Shown here piece by piece: positions 31,145 through 39,882 of a DNA stretch of 64,000 nt. Origin of the DNA: Candidatus Poribacteria bacterium (GTDB lineage Bacteria; Poribacteria; WGA-4E; WGA-3G); assembly GCA_965215265.1 (NCBI GenBank), contig OZ244048.1:1440001-1504000 (forward strand), in the 5' to 3' direction. Position numbers and translations under genes: made by a program. The notes under the pieces are model-generated. The model was not told the DNA's origin. It did not search any database and worked only from the letters and a program-made list of their open reading frames with translations. How positions within the stretch are numbered: the stretch's first letter is position 1; every line of letters starts with the position of its first letter.

Positions 31145-33031
31145 TCAAGACTCGAAGAGAGATAACTGTTCCCCACCTGTTGGTGCAGGCCTCGAAGATT
31201 TCGACTGTTTTTTCGATTTCGGTTCAAGTTCTTCCGGCGGCAGCTGTATTTCCTTCTCAGACGAAGATTTCTCCAAATCTTTCAAATAATGCAGCCATAT
31301 TTTTTTTGCGTCTCCATTTTCACGGGTTGTTTTGTAAATAAGATTTTGTCGGTACCCCTTAGTGCCGCCAGATTCAAACACTTTGGGAACTTCGACGTAC
31401 CCAACTTCTTCACAAAAATCAGTTTCAGGTACCTCAATAAAAAGTTCTTTAAAGTAGACAGCGCCGCCATAGTTAAGCGGAACGAACCTGAATTCCTCGT
31501 TATAGTTATCGTAATATCGCTGATAAACCTTAATATTCGAGTCAACCGTCTCGCCCTGCTGATTGGCGATACAACTTCGAATCGGCAGATTGATAGCATT
31601 TTCAGGCTGTTGCTTCGAGGATTCAGGAATCTTGGTCGTAAGGATAAGTGAGGGTTCAAAACTCCGCGTAACCACAAGGCCTCTATCGTGCAGCGGTTTG
31701 TTTTCAAGACGCGCTTCGTAGACGTACTCATACAGCATATCAAAAAGTACCTCTGCCCGATAGTCGGAATGCGGTTCGTACTGCATGATGTCAAGAATTT
31801 GATTTGGCTGAAACCTATCCGCTGTTTGCGTTTGTAGAAGGTTCAGGTAGGTTTCCTCTTCCTCACTAGAGATAACCGAGAGAAATGGACGGATCTTGTT
31901 TCCTACAACTACAATTTCAGCGTCTTGAATTTCTCCTTTGCGGTTGCACCTGCCTGCGCGTTGGATAAGCTGATCTGGGTTGCACAATTCCGTGAGCAGC
32001 AGATGCGCGTCAAGATCGCATCCGACCTCAATTGCACTTGTAGTGAAAAGCAGGTATCCGTCATCGTTTTTTTCACAATCCTTTAGTTTACGGTAGACGT
32101 TCTTGCGCCGTAGATTAGAAAGCCGCCCGTGGTAAAGAAAAATGTTGTCTCCACTGTACCGCTCTCTCATGTAGCGATAAACTGGAACAAGATCTTGAAC
32201 GGTTTCAATCATGACGATAATTCGCTTATCTGCTTCGTAGCGCTGTGAAACGCGTGCACAGATTTCGTTCTGTACCTTTTCTCCTGGTTCCACAGTAATA
32301 TGCTTAATCCGCTTATCAGGATATTGCCGGTTCTGCTTTTTCCGTTGCCAATTTTCCAATTTTAATTGATTATCGCTTGTGGTATAGTCAACGGTATCCA
32401 AGAAATTCAATTTTGCTTGGTATGTATCAGGCATTGTCGCTGTCATAACAACCATATCAAGATTTACTTTGTAAAGTGCCTTGATAAGACGTTCAAAGTT
32501 AACAAAGGCAACATTATCATAAGAGTGGGCTTCGTCAAAACAAAAGAGATTCCGTCGTTGACTGTGCTGGATGCGAAACGGGTAAATATAAGACTTTCTC
32601 GGTTCCCCAAATCCGAAAAAGCGGTACAGAAATTTGTCAAAAGTGGTAATGATGACATCGCCATCATAGAGATGCCTTTTTCCTCTTTCTAACATTTTTC
32701 CTTCTCTAAAGACAGTACGCGTTGATTGCGCGCCTGTATCAACGACAAGTGCATAAGAATTGTCTAAAACCGTTGACATTTGCTTAAGGTACTTTTGACA
32801 CCGGTCGATCTGGTCATCAACAAGACTCCGAGAAGGAAAAATAAGGAAAAGCCGCCGGCCTGACGTAAGGCTAGGGATAAGCACAGCCTCCGTTTTTCCG
32901 CTGCCTGTAGGTGCCTTAAGCAAAAGCGCGGGATTGGAATTTTCGGTAGCAATGTGCGTGAAAAGAGTTTCTTGCATGGGATTTGGATTGTGCTTTGCCA
33001 ATTTTTGGTATGCCGCTAATACGTTTTGCAT
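31145..33031 (-). CDS. cas3: Cas3' helicase (second copy, no HD domain)
   Basis: APTGSGKT, FDEAH, MTAT, YHGR, EVGCDLD, QRAGRCNR; AGGAGGTG SD. Confidence 0.92.
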   Translation of the reverse strand: MQNVLAAYQKLAKHNPNPMQETLFTHIATENSNPALLLKAPTGSGKTEAVLIPSLTSGRRLFLIFPSRSLVDDQIDRCQKYLKQMSTVLDNSYALVVDTGAQSTRTVFREGKMLERGKRHLYDGDVIITTFDKFLYRFFGFGEPRKSYIYPFRIQHSQRRNLFCFDEAHSYDNVAFVNFERLIKALYKVNLDMVVMTATMPDTYQAKLNFLDTVDYTTSDNQLKLENWQRKKQNRQYPDKRIKHITVEPGEKVQNEICARVSQRYEADKRIIVMIETVQDLVPVYRYMRERYSGDNIFLYHGRLSNLRRKNVYRKLKDCEKNDDGYLLFTTSAIEVGCDLDAHLLLTELCNPDQLIQRAGRCNRKGEIQDAEIVVVGNKIRPFLSVISSEEEETYLNLLQTQTADRFQPNQILDIMQYEPHSDYRAEVLFDMLYEYVYEARLENKPLHDRGLVVTRSFEPSLILTTKIPESSKQQPENAINLPIRSCIANQQGETVDSNIKVYQRYYDNYNEEFRFVPLNYGGAVYFKELFIEVPETDFCEEVGYVEVPKVFESGGTKGYRQNLIYKTTRENGDAKKIWLHYLKDLEKSSSEKEIQLPPEELEPKSKKQSKSSRPAPTGGEQLSLFES

Positions 33032-33807
33032 AAGATCACCTCCTTTCGCTGACATTCGGTATAGGTATGAGCCTTCACAATAATTTCACGGAGTAGTCTC
33101 TGCCCTTCTGTAGGTTTGTCATTTTTCAGAGCGTTCCGTATTTTATTTTTGTGTTTCTCAGGTACGTTGAATTCATAATACTCAAGTGCTAGGCAGATCT
33201 CTTGGGGCCCAAAAGGATAGGGGCTCACTTCAATTGTCTTATCGTTACGCCGCCGTGAGTGGAAATCCATAAAGACACGCGGTTGTACACCATCTGTAAA
33301 GGCATAAGTTTCAAGTTCAGCCTCGATCTGATCGCACATCTCTAAAATGTAGAGATCTATGGGAAAATTTTCTACTTCAGTCTGAGAAAACTGTTTCAAG
33401 GTGCTGAGCTGCGCTTGTGCCTTGGCAATACCTTCAACCGAAAATTCGTGATGTAACCGGATAAGCTGCTCAACGTACCGATTTACGTCGAAAACTCTGA
33501 ACCGATGTCCTGCAAAAGAGTAGCCAAGTGATTTGATTGCGTCATGCTTCGAGCTGCGATAGGTTACGCGAAACGTTTCCGGCTTCGCGGCATCATGTTT
33601 ACAGGCAGCACGTATCAGGAATTCTCTGGTTATGTGACAGTTTCGGTTAAAGTTTGAATAAAAATCTCGTCGAAAATTTTCCACTAAGCAGACGACGTTT
33701 GCAACGTGGCTCTCTAAAGTGAGAACAGTCACCTTCTTTACATCCGGTCCGCTTTCCGGTTCAAAAAAAACGCGTCCAACATGAACGAAATCTATGTTAT
33801 GAGCCAC
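33016..33807 (-). CDS. Stand-alone HD nuclease (Cas3'')
   Basis: TLESH, ACKHDAAK, FAGHRF, LIRLHH, EMCDQ: ordered HD motifs of Cas3''. Overlaps cas3'; GGAGG SD before GTG. Confidence 0.8.
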   Translation of the reverse strand: MAHNIDFVHVGRVFFEPESGPDVKKVTVLTLESHVANVVCLVENFRRDFYSNFNRNCHITREFLIRAACKHDAAKPETFRVTYRSSKHDAIKSLGYSFAGHRFRVFDVNRYVEQLIRLHHEFSVEGIAKAQAQLSTLKQFSQTEVENFPIDLYILEMCDQIEAELETYAFTDGVQPRVFMDFHSRRRNDKTIEVSPYPFGPQEICLALEYYEFNVPEKHKNKIRNALKNDKPTEGQRLLREIIVKAHTYTECQRKEVILCKTY

Positions 33808-33808
33808 T

Positions 33809-34582
33809 TTATCTGCCTCCTTGTAATTCATCAATGAACGGTTTCGGAATGTGCACGTTCCCATCTGTATAGTAATCTAGTTCAATCTCGGTATGAACCC
33901 TTCCGGCAACAAAAGGAATGAACCCGTTAATAGCACTCGGTTGCGGTTCCTCGAGATTTGTGCTTGGAGATGCCTGCCATTTCCAGTCATAGCGATAGAG
34001 TGGAAACGCTTCGCACGGTTTCCCTACGAGTTGCTTTCCCGGTAGCAATGTATCGGGTAAGGCAGTTTGGCGTTCCAATTTGAGTTGAATTGGCGGTGAA
34101 ATCTTATCGACAAAGGCGTATCCCTCTTTTCCAATTTTACACCCAAAGTTTTCAATACTTTCCAATTGCTTTAGGAGGTGGTTGTCTTCTGAAACGACAT
34201 ACCCGATGAGTTCCTCTGTAAAGAGGTACTCCCACGTATGTAGTTGATAAACCTGTTTTGAGTTTTGATAACGATGAATTCGTGAGAAAGCGTTATGCTT
34301 AAAATCTCTGATGCCTTGCCGTTTTGTTGTATGAATGCGATGTGTACCACGCTTTGGATATGCCCCGAGCGTGCAGAGCTGCGGCGGCAAGGTGTAGTAA
34401 TTAGGATTTTTGACGGCGGTTTCGGGCAAATGCCCGGCCTCCAGCAGCTTAAGGCGGCGAAGGAAGCCGGACATCGTTGTGGGCGGCAGAAACGGATATG
34501 TACTGATATGCAGGATGGAGGATGGCATTCTACGAAATGTCAGGCCTGATGTCGGTTTAATCGTCAGCTGGAGCATCCACAT
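33809..34582 (-). CDS. cas5: Divergent Cas5-like RAMP protein
   Basis: N-terminal 'TYPFLPPTTMSGFLRRL' (Cas5 T-x-P-x-P-P-x-S/T-T-x-x-G motif) and G-loop 'GCKIGKEGY'; lies downstream of the Cas7-like gene. Confidence 0.75.
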   Translation of the reverse strand: MWMLQLTIKPTSGLTFRRMPSSILHISTYPFLPPTTMSGFLRRLKLLEAGHLPETAVKNPNYYTLPPQLCTLGAYPKRGTHRIHTTKRQGIRDFKHNAFSRIHRYQNSKQVYQLHTWEYLFTEELIGYVVSEDNHLLKQLESIENFGCKIGKEGYAFVDKISPPIQLKLERQTALPDTLLPGKQLVGKPCEAFPLYRYDWKWQASPSTNLEEPQPSAINGFIPFVAGRVHTEIELDYYTDGNVHIPKPFIDELQGGR

Positions 34583-35540
34583 TTTCAAGCCCCTCCGTTT
34601 CAAACTGAACTAGATATTTGGACATTTTTGCAATAGCAGCATCGCCGATGTATCTATGAAAACTACCACGAACCAACCTATTAGCAGGTTGTTGCTCGTG
34701 CCCACCGATTGAAAAAGCGGCCTTTTTGAACTGGGCTTTTGCCTCGTCAACGTCTGTAATCGTTGGTGAAACGACCGGGCGTTTACCGAGGGGTGATAAA
34801 TATTTGTCAAAGACAATCCATGGTTCAGCAGCCTCGTTAACAAGCGGCGCGTCGTAGATTTTAACGCCTTTCGGATTTCCAGCGCCTAACCGTGCTAACG
34901 CGCCCATGAACGCGTAAGTCACTGCCGAAAATTCACTGTCTGTCATACTCAGACAGTGATTGTAGACCGGATAGAGTAGCCCCGGTTGGTTGTATTCCCG
35001 CTTGAAGGGCATCGGAGTCGGCGCTGCTCCTGGATCTTTCCTTATCATTGAAGGATGCATGGCGCGTTGTTTCTCCTCGGGGCCTAATGCCTGAATCGCG
35101 ACACCGCCGCTATGCGTCAAACGGCCAATCAACGTTGTTGCCGGACGTTTCTCAGTTTTTTTTGCATCATCAATTTCAACGTCAACTGCCGCCGGGATGA
35201 GCCCCCCAAAGACACGGCAGATTGGGCACTCTACCGTGCTACAGGTGTGAGGGATACCGCAGTTCCACTTATCACCCAGCAAACCGTTGCCGGTTGGTGC
35301 CCAAATTAGCACGCGCCGTTCAACTCCACGGCGTTTCGTTGGGGACAAGTAGCATTTTTCAACTTCAGTATCGTCCCCATTATTAGATGGGATGGTGACC
35401 GTTTCAACGATATTGACGTTGACCTGTGTCTCGTGTCCGAAGAAGAGCTCTTGGCCGCCTTCGAGAATTGCATAGATATCAAAATGGAATCGAGGGGTGT
35501 CGGCTTGGGTTCCTAACCCGGTTTTAACATGAGTTGCCAT
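34557..35540 (-). CDS. cas7: Divergent Cas7-like backbone subunit
   Basis: LSPTKRRGVERR, Zn-binding CGIPHTCSTVECPICRVFG, LIGRL, RLGAG; 327 aa; lies between the large subunit and cas5-like genes. Confidence 0.75.
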   Translation of the reverse strand: MATHVKTGLGTQADTPRFHFDIYAILEGGQELFFGHETQVNVNIVETVTIPSNNGDDTEVEKCYLSPTKRRGVERRVLIWAPTGNGLLGDKWNCGIPHTCSTVECPICRVFGGLIPAAVDVEIDDAKKTEKRPATTLIGRLTHSGGVAIQALGPEEKQRAMHPSMIRKDPGAAPTPMPFKREYNQPGLLYPVYNHCLSMTDSEFSAVTYAFMGALARLGAGNPKGVKIYDAPLVNEAAEPWIVFDKYLSPLGKRPVVSPTITDVDEAKAQFKKAAFSIGGHEQQPANRLVRGSFHRYIGDAAIAKMSKYLVQFETEGLENVDAPADD

Positions 35541-35556
35541 CTCGCTGATTCTCCTT

Positions 35557-36015
35557 TCAAGGTAGTTCGGGAAACTTTGCATAGAGGTTAAGCTTGAGTT
35601 GATAACATAACTTCCGCTGTTCAGCTTTGTTATACGTCGTAAATAACTCGGCATAAGCGTTCAGGATATCGTCAAAGTAAATAGACAACTGCTCTTGTCC
35701 TTTTTCATGAGGCTCCTCACGTTCAGAGAGATCCAACTTGAGTTTCTCTTTCAATAAGCGCTTTGCCTCGTCATAACAGAAATAGTTGTCGTCGTTGCGA
35801 AACATCTTGGCGCGGGTGCCACGGAGCGTTTCAGCAGCTTGATAATTAAAGAAACTGGGATTGACAACTTTCTCGATTAGTTTTTTAACTTCGCGTCGGA
35901 CTGTGTCAGAATCCTTCTCAGCTTCTCTGAGTTTCCTACGGACATAGTCACAATACGGATAAATCAACCCGGTGAGGGCAGCAACATCGCGATAAAGTGC
36001 TGCTTGTTTTGCCAT
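35557..36015 (-). CDS. Putative internally translated Cas11-like small subunit (152 aa)
   Basis: In-frame AAAGGAG-ACAAACTC-ATG GCA AAA (MAKQAALYRDVA) inside the large-subunit gene. Confidence 0.65.
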   Translation of the reverse strand: MAKQAALYRDVAALTGLIYPYCDYVRRKLREAEKDSDTVRREVKKLIEKVVNPSFFNYQAAETLRGTRAKMFRNDDNYFCYDEAKRLLKEKLKLDLSEREEPHEKGQEQLSIYFDDILNAYAELFTTYNKAEQRKLCYQLKLNLYAKFPELP

Positions 36016-37767
36016 GAGTTTGTCTCCTTTTGAGGATGGTTCAAGTGAGGATGGTTCAAGTAAGGTACAGTGTTTTTCACGGAGTTCTTCAAGACTTCGT
36101 TTTTCACTGTAGAACCAATCTTGGATGGAATTTGCTTCGTTGGGTTCTGCGGTTATCAATGTGTAAATTGCAGAGATAACTTCGTTTCGCTGAATAAGCC
36201 GGATGGCTTGTCCTAGCCGAATATTAACTTTCTTATTCACGATGAGGGTAGGTGAAAAACTGTCCTTGAGATGGCTGAGCCAGACTAGGTGTCGTGTTTT
36301 CAACGGAATCTCCGATTCGCCGGCGAAAAGCGTAAACTGCATTTTTTCAATCGCCTCAGTTGGCAGAGTTTGCGCAACCCGCCAGAGGGCATACTGCACT
36401 TGCCCAATTTTCTCCGATACTGCGGTTAATCCACCTTGTCCACTTACAAAGTCTCGACAGTTAACCAGTAGATACCGCCCAGCTATCAGATTTAGTTCCC
36501 CGAGGGTGAGCATCCGGACATATTTCTCCGTAGATAACCACTGGTTGTCTTCACTGTTAGGTGACAACCGAACGATAATCGTGCCGGATGTCAATTTAAT
36601 CGGACAGACGAAGGCAATAGCTAAGCAATCTAGGCAAATAGGCGGTTGAGCTTGACTGCTTCCCGATTGTAACCTTTGCGACGAAGCAGAGAATACGAAT
36701 CGATTTGCCTCGCCTTTAAACCTTTTATCTTTCGAGGGTAATTGCCTGCCACAACTGTAGCAGTGATTTTTAGCGTTATCTCCAGCAATCCGCACTTGTC
36801 TTTGATATATTTCATCAATGGGTTCAAGTGGACAAGTTAAGGTATGCTCTGGTTCATTTAAAATATCAACAATTTTGTTCTCAATTTTTCCACCCTTTGC
36901 CCGGGGTTTGACTGTTCCATAAGAAAATTGGCATCTACCTATTCGAGTGAATTGCCGTGAGAGTCTAGCCGCTTCATCAAAACAGTGATTGTTGGCAGGT
37001 AATTCCCTGCGCAATCCGGTTAAAATTTGTTTCAGTTCTTCTCGATTGGTTTTCAAAGCAGCCTTTTTCTCTTCATCAGTTTTAGCTTTTTTATAGTTGT
37101 CCGGGTACAGGACAACTCTTTCATGGAGGGTTGCTATATAGAACGCAGCTTGCCAAAGTTTCATCGCTTCAGTTACCGATGGAAATTGAACGTAGCCAAA
37201 CCCTCTATTTGTCAGTTTCATGCTATTCACGAACAGCGTAAAAGACTTATACAACTCATCTTTTGAGTAAGCGAACTGAACGAACTGCTGCCATTCATCC
37301 TCAAGTTGAAAGTCTATCTTCGGAATAAACAGGGATACCGTCAGTTTATTTTCTGAAAGATAGGTGGCACACCTTTCCTGCTGTAAGAATGCCATAAACC
37401 TTTCAATTAGTGAGTCGTAAGCGATTTTGATTTGTGCCTCTTGCGGAAGTACAGCGCGAGAATAATTATAAATTTTCCCAATTGGCTCCTCCTTAAAAAG
37501 GATTGTGTCTTTCTGTTGAGAGAGCCAATTGATTGGGTTAGGTCCTCGTTTATCGTCCGGCGATGAGTGTCTGAGTAGCTGTTCAGCGTGTCGTAGGGTG
37601 CGCAAGGCATCCATATCGCCCCACCACTGTTTGAGGAGCTGATATTCGTCGGAACGATAATAGTAGACAAATGCCTCGAGCTCGTCGTAAGGTTGATTTG
37701 TCTTCATCGCAGCAGCGAAATGCGCCGCCAAGATCTTAGGCTTGTGTTGTGGCTTAATATTAACCAT
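35557..37767 (-). CDS. Divergent Cas8/Cas10d-like large subunit (no HD domain) with C-terminal Cas11-like region
   Basis: 736 aa; CYSCG...ICLDC zinc finger like the CSLC...ICKLC of Cas10d; helical C-terminus; first gene of a large-cas7-cas5-HD-cas3 series. Confidence 0.7.
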   Translation of the reverse strand: MVNIKPQHKPKILAAHFAAAMKTNQPYDELEAFVYYYRSDEYQLLKQWWGDMDALRTLRHAEQLLRHSSPDDKRGPNPINWLSQQKDTILFKEEPIGKIYNYSRAVLPQEAQIKIAYDSLIERFMAFLQQERCATYLSENKLTVSLFIPKIDFQLEDEWQQFVQFAYSKDELYKSFTLFVNSMKLTNRGFGYVQFPSVTEAMKLWQAAFYIATLHERVVLYPDNYKKAKTDEEKKAALKTNREELKQILTGLRRELPANNHCFDEAARLSRQFTRIGRCQFSYGTVKPRAKGGKIENKIVDILNEPEHTLTCPLEPIDEIYQRQVRIAGDNAKNHCYSCGRQLPSKDKRFKGEANRFVFSASSQRLQSGSSQAQPPICLDCLAIAFVCPIKLTSGTIIVRLSPNSEDNQWLSTEKYVRMLTLGELNLIAGRYLLVNCRDFVSGQGGLTAVSEKIGQVQYALWRVAQTLPTEAIEKMQFTLFAGESEIPLKTRHLVWLSHLKDSFSPTLIVNKKVNIRLGQAIRLIQRNEVISAIYTLITAEPNEANSIQDWFYSEKRSLEELREKHCTLLEPSSLEPSSKGDKLMAKQAALYRDVAALTGLIYPYCDYVRRKLREAEKDSDTVRREVKKLIEKVVNPSFFNYQAAETLRGTRAKMFRNDDNYFCYDEAKRLLKEKLKLDLSEREEPHEKGQEQLSIYFDDILNAYAELFTTYNKAEQRKLCYQLKLNLYAKFPELP

Positions 37768-37793
37768 GGGCTTCTCCTTATGTTGTTTCGCTT
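37765..37793. repeat. Direct repeat copy 2 (cas5d 3' end plus RBS; upstream boundary of the cassette)
   Basis: CATGGGCTTCTCCTTATGTTGTTTCGCTT. Confidence 0.85.
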
Positions 37794-38437
37794 GCAAAGT
37801 AAGCCATTGATGTGGGGAATTGGACATCATCAAATTCAATGTATTCTCCGGTGAACCTTGCATTTTGCAGCAGGCTGACCGGGGGCATCGAAATTAAATC
37901 GTATAGCTCTGGCAGCACAGAGAGGTCTATTGGATTCAAGAGGTGAGTGCATGTGAAGGTGCCGTGTTTAGGTGTTAAGTGATGCTTGACAGCCTCAACT
38001 TCAATGTGTGCTTTGCTCATCCACAATCCCAACCTTATCCATTTGGGGAGTTTATAGGGTAGGTTGCCGAAAAGATAAAAGACGAACTCGCTTTCTTGAG
38101 CAAGTTCCTTGGTTTTTCCATAGGACGGTTTATTGGTACGATTCGGTGCAGCAAAAGCTCGGTGCCGGTTATCGGCGAATTTAAACGTGTTAATTACATA
38201 ATCACATTGGATAGGATTGGCAGGCGTAATGTAAACGCCTGCCTCGTTAATGGGTTTGAGATCATCCTGATACGTTGGTACACTATCAGCACAATAGTAG
38301 GGCTTTTGGATGAATCCAAGTGCGTACGTCAAGGCCCAGTTATGGATGACCTTTTCGGTTTCGTAGAGCCGTCCCATTTCACGCGTCGCATAATAGAGCG
38401 AATCATGTAAAGTGAGTCGGCATTTTGCAATTTGCAT
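37778..38437 (-). CDS. csc1: Type I-D Cas5 (Csc1)
   Basis: LTLHDSLYYATREMGRLYETEKVIHNWALTYALG, LPKWIRLGLWMSKA, LLNPID, ISMPPVSL. Confidence 0.95.
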   Translation of the reverse strand: MQIAKCRLTLHDSLYYATREMGRLYETEKVIHNWALTYALGFIQKPYYCADSVPTYQDDLKPINEAGVYITPANPIQCDYVINTFKFADNRHRAFAAPNRTNKPSYGKTKELAQESEFVFYLFGNLPYKLPKWIRLGLWMSKAHIEVEAVKHHLTPKHGTFTCTHLLNPIDLSVLPELYDLISMPPVSLLQNARFTGEYIEFDDVQFPTSMAYFASETT

Positions 38438-38453
38438 GGATGCCTCCTACGGT

Positions 38454-39470
38454 TTACCTTTTCTTGGCTTGCTTTTGCTTTTGAATCACCCGTTGGGAAT
38501 ATTCAGAGGTTTCTCTGTTAGCTTCCTCAAGAAAAGTTCGAAGTTTAACCTCATCAGTTGTCACAGTTTTGACACAGTTAATCAAGGTTTGAAGGTTATC
38601 ACCGTGGATATGCTGAAAAATAACGTCGTCATCGTCGAGCAGAGGTGGTATCACATTTTCAGTAGTTGCAATAACCGTCCCCGGATCCAACGGCGTTTTT
38701 TCTAATTTTCTGGCCTCGTCGAGTGCGTCGTAAATAGCCTGCGTTAGTTTGAGATTGGAGAAGATTTCTCCGTCGGCAAAAACAATTCCGACAATATGAT
38801 TTGCGAGTCGCCCTGTGCGTGTTGTCTGCGCACCGTAGCGTTTGGTTCTTAACAAATTATTAAGAACGTACGCGAAACTGTTGAGGGTTACGTCCTTAAT
38901 TGTAAGGATGGACGGAAAGTAGACTTGTGGGACGATATGGTCTTGTTCGCCAAAGCTCGATCGTACTTGCCCGTGCTGGCTCATATTTCCCTTTTCAAAC
39001 AACGCGTTAAACGAAAATTGCTGATGTGATTCATCGTAACCGCCGATGGAATAAGCAGTATCGACATAGACTTTTGACTTCTCCGCGCCAGAATCCCCGA
39101 TAGCGAATCCGTAGTATACACAATCGGGACAACTCTGGCAGAAGTGCTCATTGTAATCACAGTATTTCGGTTCTGCTTTGTCATCGTGATTTTGCGTAAT
39201 CCCGGTCCGTCGGAGGAGTTCCCTGCCGGTTAGCCGTTCGGGTGAAGTCTGTTTGCGTTTAAACATGGCGATGCGAATCAAGGATTCTGTCTGCTGCAAA
39301 CCGCGCTTGACATTGGCGATGTTGAGTGTGCCATCTGTCTGGAAGACAGGATATGATTCGGTTTCTCTAATCAGTAAGATGTGTGCATATCGCCCTTCGG
39401 GTGCCTTAGGTACTGTATCCAAAAAACTGTTTTCATGGACGATATCTTGGGGGATCTCAATTATTGACAT
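38454..39470 (-). CDS. csc2: Type I-D Cas7 (Csc2)
   Basis: RETESYPVFQTDG, FKRKQTSPERLTGRELLR, CPDCVYYGFAIGDSG, RYGAQTTRTG. Confidence 0.95.
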   Translation of the reverse strand: MSIIEIPQDIVHENSFLDTVPKAPEGRYAHILLIRETESYPVFQTDGTLNIANVKRGLQQTESLIRIAMFKRKQTSPERLTGRELLRRTGITQNHDDKAEPKYCDYNEHFCQSCPDCVYYGFAIGDSGAEKSKVYVDTAYSIGGYDESHQQFSFNALFEKGNMSQHGQVRSSFGEQDHIVPQVYFPSILTIKDVTLNSFAYVLNNLLRTKRYGAQTTRTGRLANHIVGIVFADGEIFSNLKLTQAIYDALDEARKLEKTPLDPGTVIATTENVIPPLLDDDDVIFQHIHGDNLQTLINCVKTVTTDEVKLRTFLEEANRETSEYSQRVIQKQKQAKKR

Positions 39471-39882
39471 CAGTAGTCTCCTCATTTTTGTCGTTTTGGA
39501 ATTGTCTCCAATTTGCTTGATACCATGCGTTGATACCAGCGTTTAGACGGTTGCGTCGGCTGCGTAAGATTGCCCGTTGCCCGTCGCATTGATTCATAAA
39601 GACTTGTTGATAGAAATAGTCAACGAGCGTTTGAATTGCCTCTGGTTCATCTCGTCGGTGCAAGCGTGCATATCCTTGTGCACGACTACTTCTGACCCGT
39701 TGCATTAGGTTGTGAATCTCACCCCGAACCTGCCAATTGAGGTCAATCGGATCTATGGCTGATTCGCTGTTGATAATAACATCTTCTACCAAGCTGATTA
39801 CTTTCAGGACACTATTGGGAGCGAAAGAATCAGGTCCGTAAAACTTGAAGCACAGTTGTGCAATGCCTTCAATCAGACTCAT
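39457..39882 (-). CDS. cas11d: Putative internally translated Cas11d (141 aa)
   Basis: In-frame GGAGG-TAACAAA-ATG AGT CTG near the cas10d 3' end; internal Cas11 translation is known for type I-D. Confidence 0.75.
   Translation of the reverse strand: MSLIEGIAQLCFKFYGPDSFAPNSVLKVISLVEDVIINSESAIDPIDLNWQVRGEIHNLMQRVRSSRAQGYARLHRRDEPEAIQTLVDYFYQQVFMNQCDGQRAILRSRRNRLNAGINAWYQANWRQFQNDKNEETTDVNN

Noticed and set aside
31145-37767. Second module as a CRISPR-associated transposon effector
   Set aside because: No tnsABC/tniQ in the window, and the module has its own intact HD nuclease and helicase.
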